From assembly GCF_048403405.1 (NCBI RefSeq), contig NZ_CP183129.1: a stretch of DNA of 64,000 nt; one strand, written 5' to 3'. Each line of letters starts with the position of its first letter. The stretch's first letter is position 1. The notes under the pieces are model-generated. The model did not search any database. It was not told the origin of the DNA and worked only from the letters and a program-made list of their open reading frames with translations. Shown here one piece after another: positions 24,674 through 36,697 of the stretch. The translations under genes were made by a program, and so were the position numbers. The stretch comes from Escherichia coli (lineage in GTDB: Bacteria > Pseudomonadota > Gammaproteobacteria > Enterobacterales > Enterobacteriaceae).

Positions 24674-25132
24674 TTATTGAGTTGAAACGAGAAGCTTATA
24701 AATTTTTTCCAGATCGTCGATATTTCGAACGCGGATTAACAGCCGACGCTGTTCTAATTGCATCACCAACACGCCATCTTCCGACAAGTTCATCGCTTTG
24801 ATTCGGCTATATTCAATCCAGACATTGGCGAAGAAAAAACCTTTTTGTTTAAAGATGATCTTCGGAACGCGGATCCAGAATATATAAAAACCCATCAGAG
24901 CCAGTGCACTTAATAACCATGTTGTTATTAGCGCGCCATGATTCGTGACGTTGTTATAGATAAGAATGACAATCAATCCGACGAAGATAACGCTATCGAT
25001 GCGACCACGCCGGAGCAAAGGAATTGCCAGCAGGGTGGGGCCGTTACGGCGGGGCATGATGAACTGATCGTAGATCGCGAAGGCCAGGAGTGCGGCGATG
25101 AAAAGAATCAGTACCAGGTCCGTGATTGTCAT
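24674..25132 (-). CDS. yobD: Inner membrane protein YobD (UPF0266)
   Basis: 152-aa hydrophobic ORF. Confidence 0.85.
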
Positions 25133-25141
25133 TAATCCTCC

Positions 25142-25170
25142 AGATAAAAAAACGGGGCCAAAAGGCCCCG
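25142..25170 (-). terminator. Rho-independent terminator of manXYZ
   Basis: GGGGCC-aaaa-GGCCCC hairpin with an A-run on the plus strand (U-run on minus). Confidence 0.75.
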
Positions 25171-25186
25171 GTAGTGTACAACAGTC

Positions 25187-26047
25187 TTACAGTCCCAGCA
25201 GGCCGCAAGCGTAACCAGCGATACCGATGACGAAGAAGCCAACGATGATCCACAGCGGGTTAACTTTTTTGCGCAGTAGCCACATACAAGCAAAGGTCAG
25301 CAGCAGTGGTACCAGGCCTGGCATTAACTGGTCCAGAATAGTCTGGACAGTGGTAACGTGTTCTTTGCCCGTCTGGTCAGTAATGCGAGAGACAACCAGC
25401 GGGATGTTGACATGCGTCCACTTGTTAACTAATGCCCCCATGACAAACAGGCCGAGGATAGACGCCCCTTCCGTCAGTTTTTGCAGGAAACCACCACCCA
25501 TATCTTTAACGATATCGATACCTTTGGAGTAACCATACGCTACGCCGTAGTAACGGGTTGCCAGACGCACCAGGTTAAACAAGATGAAGAACAGCAGCGG
25601 ACCTAACAGGCTGCCGCTCATTGCGATACCGGCACCCAGCGCTGCAAATACCGGTCGTACGGTTCCCCAGAAGATCGGGTCGCCTACACCAGCCAGCGGC
25701 CCCATCAAACCGACTTTGATACCGTTGATAGCACCGTCATCGATCTCTGCGCCATTAGCACGCTGTTCTTCCAGCGCCAGGGTTACGCCGAGAATCGGCG
25801 CAGCCACGAACGGCTGGGTGTTAAAGAACTCCAGGTGACGGCGAATAGCTTGTTTACGAGCTTCGTTGTTCTCAGGGTAGAGGCGACGAATTGCCGGTAC
25901 CATAGAGAAGCAGAAACCCAGTGCCTGCATACGTTCGAAGTTCCATGAACCCTGGAAGAGGTTAGAACGCAGGAAGACGCCACGAATATCACTTTGAGTG
26001 AGTTTTTTCTCGGTGGTAGTTTGAGTTGTATCAACCATTTCGCTCAC
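25187..26047 (-). CDS. manZ: PTS mannose-specific EIID component
   Basis: 286-aa ORF recognised as ManZ; start may be a few codons downstream. Confidence 0.9.
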   Translation of the reverse strand: MSEMVDTTQTTTEKKLTQSDIRGVFLRSNLFQGSWNFERMQALGFCFSMVPAIRRLYPENNEARKQAIRRHLEFFNTQPFVAAPILGVTLALEEQRANGAEIDDGAINGIKVGLMGPLAGVGDPIFWGTVRPVFAALGAGIAMSGSLLGPLLFFILFNLVRLATRYYGVAYGYSKGIDIVKDMGGGFLQKLTEGASILGLFVMGALVNKWTHVNIPLVVSRITDQTGKEHVTTVQTILDQLMPGLVPLLLTFACMWLLRKKVNPLWIIVGFFVIGIAGYACGLLGL

Positions 26048-26050
26048 CTG

Positions 26051-26851
26051 TTAGTCCAGTTCGTTATCGAGATCGTTGTTACCAGCTGCCTGAGCAGGCG
26101 CACCGGCTACGCGGTTGTATTTCGGGCTAAGTTGGATGTAGAGCACTGCCATAACAGTACCAATCACACCCAGAGCAACCAGGTTAAAGTTGGTGAATGC
26201 TGCGGTTACGAAGCCGAGGTAGAAGAACGGCATCAGGTAGCCAGCACGCATCATGTTGATAACCATCGCATAACCAACCACCACGATCATGCCACCGGCG
26301 ATATTCAGACCATTGGTCACCACTTCCGGAATCGCGTTCAGCATGTTCTGTACTTCGCTGGTACCAACAGACAGCGCAACGATGACGGCCGGAATAGCCA
26401 CACGCATTGCTTGCAGGAACAGAGAAGAAACGTGGATCCAGGAAATCGCTGTCAGGTTGCCGTTATCAGCAGCCTTATCCGCAGCGTGCTGGAAAGCAAC
26501 GGTAATAGTACGAACGATGATGGTCAGTACCTGGCCCGCAGCGGCCAGAGGGATTGCCAGTGCAATACCTGCACCAATGCTCTGATGACCTGCGATAACC
26601 AGAATGGTAGAAATGATGGAAGCCAGAGCGGCGTCAGGCGCAACTGCAGCACCGATGTTCATCCAGCCCAGCGCGATCATTTCCAGCGTACCACCGATAA
26701 TAATACCGGTTTTCATATCGCCAAGAACGATACCCACCAAGGTACACGCGATTAGCGGACGGTGAAACTGAAATTCATCGAGGATTGATCCCATACCTGC
26801 GATACAGGCTACGATAAATACCAGCACAATTTGAAGAGTGGTAATCTCCAT
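26051..26851 (-). CDS. manY: PTS mannose-specific EIIC component
   Basis: 266-aa polytopic ORF recognised as ManY. Confidence 0.95.
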   Translation of the reverse strand: MEITTLQIVLVFIVACIAGMGSILDEFQFHRPLIACTLVGIVLGDMKTGIIIGGTLEMIALGWMNIGAAVAPDAALASIISTILVIAGHQSIGAGIALAIPLAAAGQVLTIIVRTITVAFQHAADKAADNGNLTAISWIHVSSLFLQAMRVAIPAVIVALSVGTSEVQNMLNAIPEVVTNGLNIAGGMIVVVGYAMVINMMRAGYLMPFFYLGFVTAAFTNFNLVALGVIGTVMAVLYIQLSPKYNRVAGAPAQAAGNNDLDNELD

Positions 26852-26913
26852 TGTACTTCTCCTGTTTACGTAAGACTAAAGTGTGAAAACTGAGTGATAA
26901 TCAACACAATACG

Positions 26914-27885
26914 TTACTTATCGATTTTGCTGATCAGATCCATCATTTTCAGTTTCGGATCGGTGGAAACCTTACGGACTTCCAGCTCAATACCGCGCGC
27001 ATTCAGTTTCTTGAACGCCTCGATATCTTTTTCATCAACCGAAACCGCGTTATTCACCTGGGTTTTACCCTGACGGAATGCCATACCACCGACGTTAACA
27101 GAGGTGATTTTCACGCCGCCTTCAACGAGACGCTCTACATCTGTTGGGTTGGTAAATAACAGCATTACGCGTTCGCCAGCATATTTCGGGTTGTTGTAGA
27201 CGCGAATCATTTTGGCAACATCAACTACGTGTGCTGTTACGCCCGGAGGTGCAACCTGGGTGAGCAGTGTCTTACGAACGGTATCCGCAGCCACTTCATC
27301 ACTAACAACAATAATACGGGAGACATTGGTTTCTTTGGTCCAGCGGGTGGCGACCTGACCGTGAATCAGACGGTCGTCGATACGCGCAAGGCCAATAACC
27401 ATGTAGTCGTTTGGTCCCATTGGTTTTGCCGGAGTTGGAGCCGCTTTTGGTGCTGCGGCAGCGGGTGCTGGCGCGGCTTTTTCAACCGGTTTGGCTTTCA
27501 GAGCTTTCACGCCTTCACGGCCTGTTTCTACTGCCAGCGCAACCAGTTCATCAAAGCTTGGGTCATCATCACGGGCCATTAACGTTTCCACGAGCATTGG
27601 AATGTTAACGCCTGCAATGACTTCATAATGCTCTTTGTCGACGACAATGCGGCTGGCAGCATTGAACGGGCTGCCTCCCCATGTATCAACGAGAAACAGC
27701 ACGCCTTTAGTGGTGTCGAGTTTTGCCAACTGAGCGTTGTACTTTTCAATCAGCGTTTCGGCATTTTCACCTGGAACGAAATCGATCCAGCCGACGTTTT
27801 CCTGCTCGCCTAACAGCATTTCTGCGGTTTTAAGCAACTGCTCTGCAGCCCAACCATGTGTGCCTATAACAATAGCAATGGTCAC
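26914..27885 (-). CDS. manX: PTS mannose-specific EIIAB component
   Basis: 323-aa ORF with an Ala/Pro-rich linker between the IIA and IIB domains. Confidence 0.95.
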   Translation of the reverse strand: MTIAIVIGTHGWAAEQLLKTAEMLLGEQENVGWIDFVPGENAETLIEKYNAQLAKLDTTKGVLFLVDTWGGSPFNAASRIVVDKEHYEVIAGVNIPMLVETLMARDDDPSFDELVALAVETGREGVKALKAKPVEKAAPAPAAAAPKAAPTPAKPMGPNDYMVIGLARIDDRLIHGQVATRWTKETNVSRIIVVSDEVAADTVRKTLLTQVAPPGVTAHVVDVAKMIRVYNNPKYAGERVMLLFTNPTDVERLVEGGVKITSVNVGGMAFRQGKTQVNNAVSVDEKDIEAFKKLNARGIELEVRKVSTDPKLKMMDLISKIDK

Positions 27886-28347
27886 TTGCTACCTCCTTTA
27901 TTATCGTTAACACCTCAACGTGCCAGATGTATTTTTGAATCGTCGTCCACAATCGAATCGATTCAGATAAGGGCTACAACCAAAAACCCCTGCGTTTCGC
28001 GATTTATTTTAGATATCGAAAAAATTATTTTATGTGATGAAGATCCGTAATTTAACTTTCGATTAGCAGAAATTTCGAAAGGTAAAATATCCTTGTCACA
28101 TTCGTTTGCAAAGGAAGGTAAATCTTTGCCAAATCAGAGGCGTCTCTGATATGTTTAACTCCCGTTTAACAACCATGGAGTATAGGGCAGTAGCCCGCAG
28201 TATGGATCGTCACCGACGTCATTTCAGCATCAGGCCTTTTAACGCCTGCCTTTCTGGCACTCTATGCCGCACCTTTCGTTTGCATTTTGTCGTTACGCCT
28301 GCATTATTTCTGGCGTCGAATAGCTATTCCTTAAGCAGGAGCTTGTC

Positions 28348-29904
28348 ATGGAATTCTTAATGGACCCCTCAATTTGGGCGGGGCTACTCACGCTTGTTGT
28401 TCTCGAAATTGTGCTGGGTATCGATAACCTGGTCTTCATCGCCATTCTTGCTGACAAACTGCCGCCAAAACAACGCGATAAAGCGCGTTTGCTGGGATTA
28501 TCACTGGCGCTGATTATGCGTCTGGGGCTGCTGTCGCTGATTTCATGGATGGTCACGCTGACCAAACCGCTATTTACCGTCATGGATTTCTCCTTCTCCG
28601 GACGCGACCTGATTATGTTGTTCGGGGGGATATTCTTGCTGTTCAAAGCAACAACCGAACTGCATGAACGGCTGGAAAACCGCGATCATGATTCCGGCCA
28701 CGGTAAAGGCTACGCCAGTTTCTGGGTGGTCGTCACACAGATTGTCATCCTTGACGCCGTCTTCTCATTGGATGCGGTAATTACGGCAGTAGGGATGGTT
28801 AACCATCTGCCGGTGATGATGGCGGCGGTAGTGATTGCGATGGCGGTTATGCTGCTGGCATCGAAACCGCTGACGCGATTTGTTAACCAGCATCCAACGG
28901 TGGTGGTGCTCTGTCTGAGCTTCCTGTTAATGATAGGTCTGAGTCTGGTGGCAGAAGGTTTCGGTTTCCACATTCCGAAAGGTTACCTGTATGCCGCGAT
29001 TGGCTTCTCGATCATCATCGAAGTGTTTAACCAGATTGCGCGTCGCAACTTTATTCGTCACCAGTCGACTTTGCCGCTGCGAGCGCGTACTGCCGATGCC
29101 ATCCTGCGTTTGATGGGCGGGAAACGTCAGGCCAATGTTCAGCACGATGCCGATAACCCGATGCCGATGCCGATCCCGGAAGGTGCGTTTGCCGAAGAAG
29201 AACGTTACATGATTAACGGCGTACTCACGCTGGCGTCGCGTTCTCTGCGCGGGATCATGACGCCGCGCGGTGAAATAAGCTGGGTTGACGCTAATCTCGG
29301 GGTCGATGAAATCCGCGAGCAGCTGCTCTCCTCACCGCACAGCCTGTTCCCGGTATGTCGCGGTGAACTGGATGAAATCATCGGAATCGTACGTGCTAAA
29401 GAACTGCTGGTGGCGCTGGAAGAGGGCGTTGATGTGGCGGCGATTGCTTCGGCGTCTCCGGCGATTATCGTTCCGGAAACCCTTGATCCGATCAACCTGC
29501 TGGGCGTGCTGCGTCGTGCTCGCGGGAGCTTTGTTATCGTGACCAACGAGTTTGGTGTGGTACAAGGTCTGGTCACGCCGCTGGATGTGCTGGAAGCCAT
29601 TGCGGGTGAATTCCCGGACGCTGACGAAACGCCGGAAATCATTACCGATGGTGACGGCTGGCTGGTAAAAGGCGGTACAGATTTGCATGCCTTGCAGCAG
29701 GCGCTTGATGTTGAGCACCTTGCCGATGACGATGATATCGCGACGGTCGCGGGCCTCGTGATCTCGGCAAATGGTCACATTCCCCGTGTGGGCGATGTGA
29801 TTGATGTAGGGCCACTGCATATCACCATCATTGAAGCCAATGATTATCGTGTTGATCTGGTTCGCATTGTTAAAGAGCAACCGGCGCACGATGAAGATGA
29901 GTAA
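28348..29904 (+). CDS. yoaE: TerC-family membrane protein with C-terminal CBS/CorC domains
   Basis: 518-aa ORF: N-terminal integral-membrane region, C-terminal CBS pair plus transporter-associated domain. Confidence 0.9.
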
Positions 29905-29907
29905 GCG

Positions 29908-31506
29908 TTAACGTAACGGCATAATGGGCGTGATATGTCCATTATGCCGGGCGGGCGGCGGTTGGCTGCCCGCCAGCCATTTGGGAAAATCACGTAGCGG
30001 CATCGGCTGTGCGTACAAATACCCTTGCAAAATATGCACGCCATGACGGCGCAAATACTTCGCCTGTTCTTGCGTTTCCACGCCCTCCGCCACCAGTTCA
30101 ATATTCAGTCTTTGCCCCAGTGCGATGATGATATCGGTCACCGTCGAGTTAACCGCGTCAGAACCTATAGCTGCGGTAAATGACTTATCAATTTTCAGCA
30201 CGTCAGGACGTAATGTTTCAAGCCAGGAAAATGAACTGTTGCCGGTGCCGAAGTCATCAATCGCCAGTTTGACGTTTTTACGATGCAGCTCGCGGGCAAT
30301 CCGATAATCAACATCCAGTAAGGCATCGCGTTCGGTGATTTCGAGGATCAGTTGCTGAATCGGGTGAGCGCTAAACCAGTACTGGTTGAGATCTTTTATC
30401 AGCACACCACGGCGAAAATGGCTGGGTGCGACGTTAATGCCAACATGAAACTGACTACTCATTGGGAAAACATGCCGCTGACGGATGGTTTCTGCCATCA
30501 CATAGCGGGTCAGTGGCACAATTAAATGATGTTCTTCCGCGATAGGAATAAACACATCCGGTGAAATCCAGCCCTGACGTGGATTGTTCCAGCGCAGCAA
30601 AATCTCTACACCAATACATTGCTGGCTGCGCGCATTAAGCAAAGGCTGGCAGAACAATTCGAACTCATGTTGCGCCAGGCCCAGATTGATTTCACGGGAA
30701 AAACTCATTCGGTAAGCGGTCGCCAGCCAGGCGATATAGCCCACAAGTAAACTTAGCAGCACCGCCAGCGGTAATTGTGTTGGAAGATAGTGCCATGCCA
30801 GCGCCGTAGCCCCCGGACCATTAACGTTAATGGTAAAAGGAAAGCGTTGCGAAGAAACCTGATAGTTTTCATTGTCTTCAGGTTGCGGAAGGGAATCTAC
30901 CAGCCCATTACCATAGAGCAAATGCCGATTGTCCACCGTCAGGCTGGCGCTACTGATTTGCGGCAGTTGTGGCTCAAGCAGCATTGCCGCCAGTAAGTCG
31001 ATGTTAATCATCTCCATGACCCCAGCATTGCTACTGCCCGCTGCTGGCGTCCATTGAATCAAAACCGGACTGCCTTTAATCAGGGCATGGTCGGTCGTCA
31101 GGCGTAAAAGTGGTTGCGGTGCAGGAAGTTCAGCCAGAATGTCCACGACGGGCACATTGCGATAACCAAAAATGCTGGAGCAATAAAGTGTGCCGTCTTG
31201 CACCAGGCCAATGGATCGCACAGTTTGGAGTTTTGCCGCCTGTTTACGTAATGGCAAATGGGCGACAGAGCAGGGCAGACCAATTAGCGGAAGTAAGACT
31301 TCGCTACCTGCCTGTAGGGGAAGCAGTACTTTATCTAATTCCTCTACAGCGTGATTGGCGAATTGTACTACCCGTTGTTGATTTAAGTTACGCTGTGAAA
31401 TAAATCGCACGCTCAGGGTCGAAGCGAGCGTAACGAGTGCGCAAATCGTACAAACAATCATTCGATTACGGCGATAGGTTTTAATGATCCGTTGTGCTTT
31501 TTGCAT
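29908..31506 (-). CDS. pdeD: c-di-GMP phosphodiesterase PdeD (CSS-domain EAL protein)
   Basis: ORF 29908-31536; start at Met11 gives 532 aa; EAL-domain motifs (EITER..., DDFGTG). Confidence 0.85.
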   Translation of the reverse strand: MQKAQRIIKTYRRNRMIVCTICALVTLASTLSVRFISQRNLNQQRVVQFANHAVEELDKVLLPLQAGSEVLLPLIGLPCSVAHLPLRKQAAKLQTVRSIGLVQDGTLYCSSIFGYRNVPVVDILAELPAPQPLLRLTTDHALIKGSPVLIQWTPAAGSSNAGVMEMINIDLLAAMLLEPQLPQISSASLTVDNRHLLYGNGLVDSLPQPEDNENYQVSSQRFPFTINVNGPGATALAWHYLPTQLPLAVLLSLLVGYIAWLATAYRMSFSREINLGLAQHEFELFCQPLLNARSQQCIGVEILLRWNNPRQGWISPDVFIPIAEEHHLIVPLTRYVMAETIRQRHVFPMSSQFHVGINVAPSHFRRGVLIKDLNQYWFSAHPIQQLILEITERDALLDVDYRIARELHRKNVKLAIDDFGTGNSSFSWLETLRPDVLKIDKSFTAAIGSDAVNSTVTDIIIALGQRLNIELVAEGVETQEQAKYLRRHGVHILQGYLYAQPMPLRDFPKWLAGSQPPPARHNGHITPIMPLR

Positions 31507-31636
31507 GCGGGCCACCCTGTAAGCGTATGGCGACAAACGCCTGACGCAACAGTGGAAGTGTAGTGGGGAAAATTACAGCAGACGAGAAAGCGGGGATAAA
31601 TTCGCCCATCCGTTGCAGATGGGCGAGTAAGAAGTA

Positions 31637-33001
31637 TTAGTCACACTGGACTTTGATTGCCAGACCACCGCGTGAGGTTTCGCGGTATTTAGCGTTCATG
31701 TCCTTACCGGTTTCATACATCGTTTCGATGACCTTATCCAGCGAGACGCGCGGTGCACTGGTGCGACGCAGGGCCATCCGCGCGGCGTTAATCGCCTTGA
31801 CTGACGCAATGGCATTACGCTCAATGCACGGCACCTGAACTTGCCCTGCAACAGGGTCACAGGTCAAACCGAGGTTGTGCTCCATGCCAATTTCCGCCGC
31901 CACACAAACCTGTTCCGGGCTACCGCCCAACAGCTCGGCAAGGCCCGCAGCAGCCATTGAACAGGCAACACCCACTTCGCCCTGGCAACCGACTTCCGCA
32001 CCGGAAATAGACGCGTTCATTTTATACAGTGCACCAATCGCGCCCGCTGCCATAAAGTAACGGGTATAGATGTCCGGGCTAACCGATTCAATAAAGTGGT
32101 CATAATAAGCCAGCACTGCCGGAACAATGCCACAAGCACCGTTGGTTGGCGCAGTTACCACACGACCACCGGCGGCGTTTTCTTCGTTAACTGCCAGCGC
32201 AAACATGTTTACCCAGTCAATGACATTCATCGGATCGTTAGACAGTTTATCGCTGGAAACTAACATCCGGCGCAGGGCCGACGCACGACGCGGCACGCGC
32301 AGCGGGCCTGGCAGTACGCCTTCGGTGTTCATCCCGCGATCGATACATGCCTGCATGGTTTGCCAGACATGAGCGAAATACTCGTCGATCTCTTTCTTGC
32401 TGTGCAGCGCCAGTTCGTTCTGCATAGCGAGACCAGACAGCGAATAGCCGGTTTCATTGCAGTACGCCAGCAGTTCGGTGGCAGATTTGAACGGATACGG
32501 CACGCTCACTTCGTTGGCGGCATCCTGACCAAAGTGTTCTTCATCGACGATAAAACCGCCGCCGATGGAATAATAAGTTTTGCTGTAGACGACTTCATCG
32601 CCGTTATAGGCGTGGATTTGCATACCGTTTTCATGCAGCGGCAGGTTGCCGTTATGAAAACGCATCCCGTTGTCGCGCGGGAAATCCACTTCATGCCGTC
32701 CCTGTGCCAGCAGCAGACGTTCGCGCTCTTCTACGTCGCGAATAAAACCGGGAATACTGTCGATATCCACGGTGGCAGGTTCGTTACCTGCAAGACCCAT
32801 AATAATGGCGATATCGGTGTGGTGGCCTTTACCCGTCAGCGACAGTGAACCATAAACGTCCACGGCAACGCGAGTAACGCTATCCAGTAAGCCTTTTTCG
32901 ACCAGATCATCGACGAACTGTTTACCCGCCTTCATAGGCCCTACGGTATGGGAAGATGAGGGACCAATCCCCACCTTAAACATGTCGAATAGACTAATCA
33001 C
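31637..33001 (-). CDS. sdaA: L-serine dehydratase 1 (Fe-S dependent)
   Basis: 454-aa ORF recognised as SdaA. Confidence 0.95.
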   Translation of the reverse strand: MISLFDMFKVGIGPSSSHTVGPMKAGKQFVDDLVEKGLLDSVTRVAVDVYGSLSLTGKGHHTDIAIIMGLAGNEPATVDIDSIPGFIRDVEERERLLLAQGRHEVDFPRDNGMRFHNGNLPLHENGMQIHAYNGDEVVYSKTYYSIGGGFIVDEEHFGQDAANEVSVPYPFKSATELLAYCNETGYSLSGLAMQNELALHSKKEIDEYFAHVWQTMQACIDRGMNTEGVLPGPLRVPRRASALRRMLVSSDKLSNDPMNVIDWVNMFALAVNEENAAGGRVVTAPTNGACGIVPAVLAYYDHFIESVSPDIYTRYFMAAGAIGALYKMNASISGAEVGCQGEVGVACSMAAAGLAELLGGSPEQVCVAAEIGMEHNLGLTCDPVAGQVQVPCIERNAIASVKAINAARMALRRTSAPRVSLDKVIETMYETGKDMNAKYRETSRGGLAIKVQCD

Positions 33002-33184
33002 GATAATACTCCTGACAAGGTGACTGGACTTCCAGTAACGAACTAATAACAGCGCATAGTGTAAGAGGGAACGCGGCGACTGGCTTAACTATTCACATGA
33101 ATTAAACTAATCAAAAACCGCGATTTAACTAATATTGCGATGATTGTCTCAAGTAGTGTTTTGTAGATGTAAAGATAAGTATAG

Positions 33185-33763
33185 TCAGGGTTTCACACCA
33201 ATTTGCAGCGCCAGCTCACGAATTATGCCTGCGGTCATTCCCCATACAAAATACTGTTCGTACCAGGACAGCCATACCCGATGTGAATCGCCACGGCGGT
33301 AGATATCTAAAGGGTGATAACGACCCAGATGTAATGCCTGGGCGAGCGGCATTTCAAACACCGCCGAGACTTCATCTTCACTGGCGCGATACGGCAGATC
33401 GGGCGGGATAATGCCGACCACTGGGGTTACCTGGTAGCCAGTTACGCTATCGACGGGCGGCAGCACGCCGATAACTTCAACGGCGGAAGGCGGTATAGCG
33501 ACCTCTTCTTCAGCTTCGCGCAGCGCGGCGGCGATAACTGATGCATCCGTGTCATCGACTGCGCCTCCAGGGAATGCCACTTGTCCAGCGTGTTTACGCA
33601 GATGAATTGAACGCTGAGTCAGCAACAACCCCGGTTGCGGTCGACGGACGATGGGGATTAACACGGCAGCCTGACGATGATTTAGGGTTTCCCGGTTAAT
33701 TTGCGGGCGCAAAAGTTGAAAGCGCGATAAAAAATCATCAAGCGTCAGGCTACGGTATTCCAC
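33185..33763 (-). CDS. nudL: Nudix CoA pyrophosphatase NudL
   Basis: 192-aa ORF with Nudix box ([22 protein letters not shown]). Confidence 0.9.
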
Positions 33764-33766
33764 GTC

Positions 33767-35128
33767 TTACTTCTCCAGTTGGCGTAATATCTTATTAACT
33801 TTATCAAAAGTTTCCTGATATTCCGCTTCTTCCTGGCTATCGGCGACAATTCCACCGCCCGCAGAGCAGTATATTTGTCCGTTAATGGCAGTCAGAGTGC
33901 GGATAGTAATGCTGGTGTCCATGTTGCCGCAAAAGCTCAAATAGCCAATGCTGCCGCACCAGGCATTACGTCGCTGCGGTTCCAGTTCGTCGATAATTTC
34001 CATAGCCCGTACTTTCGGAGCCCCGGTTATTGAGCCACCAGGAAAAGCTGCGCGCAGCAGATCGCTGGCGTGTAACTGTTCTGGTAGTTGCGCCGTTATG
34101 GTGCTGACCAGATGATGCACGGCAGGGAAGGGTTCCACCACGAACAGCTCTGGTACTTTTACCGAACCTGCTACGGCAACACGACCGATATCATTACGCA
34201 TTAAATCGACAATCATCAGATTTTCGGCACGATCTTTCGCTGAGTTCGCCAGTTTTTCTGCTTGTTTGCTATCTTCCTGAGGATCGGGCAGGCGTGGTAG
34301 CGTGCCTTTAATCGGGCGGGTCTGGATTTCACTATTATCACAAAGGATAAACCGCTCTGGCGAAAGGCTTAAAATCGCACCCTGTTCAAGACGTAAAAAA
34401 GCGCTAAACGGCGCGCGGTTGGCCTGATTAAGCTGAAGGAATGCCTGCCATTCATCGCCAGAATAGGTCGCATGAAAACGCTGGGCGAGATTCACCTGAT
34501 AGCAATCACCGCTGTGCAGATATTCCTGTACCTGGCGAAATTTTTCGCCGTACTGCTCGCGGGTCATATTGGATTGCCAGTCGGAAGTGAGCGTGAAATC
34601 TTCCTGCGGGGAGAATTGCTGGCTTTCCAGCCATGCCCGACGGGCATTGACATCATTATGACTCAGCAAAGAAACTGTATGACGCTGGTGGTCAACAACC
34701 AGCGCCCAGTCGTAGATACCCACTGCCATATCCGGCAGAACGATATCTTGCTGCGCAATTTCTGGCAGTGACTCAAAACGGCGGCCCAGATCGTAGCCAA
34801 ACAACCCCAGTGCGCCGCCCTGAAATGGCAAATCTTCGTTATGCGTTGGGCGAATGTCTGCGCGATCCAGCACCTGCTGGAGCACCTGTAGCGGGTCATC
34901 AGTGGTCGTTGTGCGTTTTTCGCTTTCACTAACAACGGTTTCTTTACCGAAAGTGGTTAAAGTGCAAATCGGCTCGGCGACCACAATATCAAAGCGGCTA
35001 TATGGATGATCGGCATAGCCGGAGTGTAAAAGCATCGCCCACGGCAGGTGGCTTAAGCGGGAGAAATAAAATTCAGCGGCGTCCTGACGCCAGGGTAAAG
35101 TAATCACAGCGGGAGATAACGTCTTCAT
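33767..35128 (-). CDS. pabB: Aminodeoxychorismate synthase component I
   Basis: 453-aa ORF, chorismate-binding enzyme family. Confidence 0.95.
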   Translation of the reverse strand: MKTLSPAVITLPWRQDAAEFYFSRLSHLPWAMLLHSGYADHPYSRFDIVVAEPICTLTTFGKETVVSESEKRTTTTDDPLQVLQQVLDRADIRPTHNEDLPFQGGALGLFGYDLGRRFESLPEIAQQDIVLPDMAVGIYDWALVVDHQRHTVSLLSHNDVNARRAWLESQQFSPQEDFTLTSDWQSNMTREQYGEKFRQVQEYLHSGDCYQVNLAQRFHATYSGDEWQAFLQLNQANRAPFSAFLRLEQGAILSLSPERFILCDNSEIQTRPIKGTLPRLPDPQEDSKQAEKLANSAKDRAENLMIVDLMRNDIGRVAVAGSVKVPELFVVEPFPAVHHLVSTITAQLPEQLHASDLLRAAFPGGSITGAPKVRAMEIIDELEPQRRNAWCGSIGYLSFCGNMDTSITIRTLTAINGQIYCSAGGGIVADSQEEAEYQETFDKVNKILRQLEK

Positions 35129-35201
35129 CAGTCCTGACTCTACTGGCTATGTGCCGGGTAGCATGAAATAATTAGCGCCAACAATTTAGCAGGAGTTAAC
35201 A

Positions 35202-35381
35202 ATGTTTGCAGGTTTACCTTCACTCACCCATGAACAGCAGCAAAAAGCCGTCGAGCGGATCCAGGAACTGATGGCACAAGGGATGAGCAGCGGCCAGGCA
35301 ATCGCGCTGGTGGCAGAAGAGCTGCGTGCCAACCATTCCGGCGAGCGAATCGTGGCGCGTTTTGAGGATGAAGACGAGTAA
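35202..35381 (+). CDS. yoaH: UPF0181 small protein YoaH
   Basis: 59-aa [62 protein letters not shown]; below the track cutoff. Confidence 0.85.
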
Positions 35382-35500
35382 CACACTAATCCGTATCGCT
35401 TTCGTTATAGAAGCCGATGATTATTTGATTGTGAGAAAAAGGACGCTTTTCATATGTGATTAAAAGCGTCCTGACCCATTTATGCTGATGTAAATTTTAC

Positions 35501-35800
35501 TCAGACCAGTGCTTTTAGTTCTTCCTGCATATATGTTGAAAAGTATTCAGGATTTTTAATCACAATGCGTTCACCAGACTCCATTTTTTTTGCCCATCCA
35601 ACCATTTTTTCCGTGAACCCCGGGTTCCAGCCTTCCTGGTCAGCTCGCGCCGTAATATCGGCGGCGCTCGCGGGTACTCCCAGTTCTTTTAAATATTTAA
35701 AGATTCCCTTCGCCGTGCTTTCATTCATCGAACTTGGTGTTGGTGCTGATACATCCATGGCACCAATGAAATCCAGGGCTTTATCTATTACAGCAGGCAT
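35501..35800 (-). CDS. yoaC: DUF1889 protein YoaC
   Basis: ORF 35501-35860; start placed at the internal Met (MPAVIDKALDF...) giving 99 aa. Confidence 0.7.
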   Translation of the reverse strand: MPAVIDKALDFIGAMDVSAPTPSSMNESTAKGIFKYLKELGVPASAADITARADQEGWNPGFTEKMVGWAKKMESGERIVIKNPEYFSTYMQEELKALV

Positions 35801-36221
35801 ATTCTTATCCTTAAAATTAACCATGTTATCGATAAGGCTATATATGACCTTAATTTGCATCTAATATCAAAGGGATTATAACGATATGGCACGAGTTAAC
35901 CTGTTGACATTCAGGTGTTTTAAAGGTAGCAGTTCATGGTGTGTTATCCAGTAAGAGGGAGAAAATTGACGGTCAGTTCTCACGCTATAACCAAATTGTT
36001 CAGCTAAGAAAGAAAACCAGAGATGCTAATCGAAGGGCGAACACAACGGCATGGTTATGTTTATTTATATAGTTAGCTTTATAGCTAAAATTGAAATTAT
36101 AAAAATAAATAATGAATTAGCAGGAGCATCAACAGTAATATCTTAATCTCTGGTCGATTTATGTAAAACCGACCAGTATTATCGATAAATTATCGTCTGA
36201 CTTATTTTGCTTCGATAAAGC

Positions 36222-36566
36222 TTACACCGCAGCCACAATCTTAATTTCAACTTTATACTTCGGGTTCATCAAACCCGCTTGTACCGTGCAGCGCACCGGC
36301 GCATGACCCGCGACAACCCAGGCATCCCACGCTTTATTCATCGCCGCGAAGTCGTTTTTATCGGCCAGGAAAATGGTGGCATCCAGAATGCTCGATTTAT
36401 TGCTGCCCTGTTTTTCCAGCACGGCGTCAATCTGCGCCAGCGTGTTGGCGGTTTGCTCAAAGGCATCGGCGTCGAGGTTTTCCGGTACACCAGTGTAGTA
36501 GAGCGTGTTGTTGTGGATTACTACATCAGACCAGCGGGCTTCAGCATCGATACGAACGATAGTCAT
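36222..36566 (-). CDS. yoaB: RidA/YjgF-family protein YoaB
   Basis: ORF 36222-36614; start at MTIVRIDAEARWSDV... giving 114 aa. Confidence 0.8.
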   Translation of the reverse strand: MTIVRIDAEARWSDVVIHNNTLYYTGVPENLDADAFEQTANTLAQIDAVLEKQGSNKSSILDATIFLADKNDFAAMNKAWDAWVVAGHAPVRCTVQAGLMNPKYKVEIKIVAAV

Positions 36567-36697
36567 CATTTTGTCCTCATTATCCTTCCATTTTCGTGCT
36601 GCAAAGACTGCCACAATGTGAGGTCGCCGTCACCACTTCAACTGGCGAAAGCGCCCTCATCCTGACATAATCCCTGTTCAAATCAACAGGGGGTAGT

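Noticed and set aside
25994-26755. 253-aa plus-strand ORF antisense to manY
   Set aside because: Low-complexity His/Asn/Asp/Cys/Arg-rich translation, the expected by-product of reading a membrane-protein gene backwards.
28106-28360. 84-aa ORF upstream of yoaE
   Set aside because: Lies in the divergent manX/yoaE promoter region and overlaps the yoaE start; no ribosome-binding site or known homologue.
29332-29889. 185-aa minus-strand ORF inside yoaE, and further antisense ORFs such as 38029-38430
   Set aside because: All lie within and opposite to confidently identified genes.
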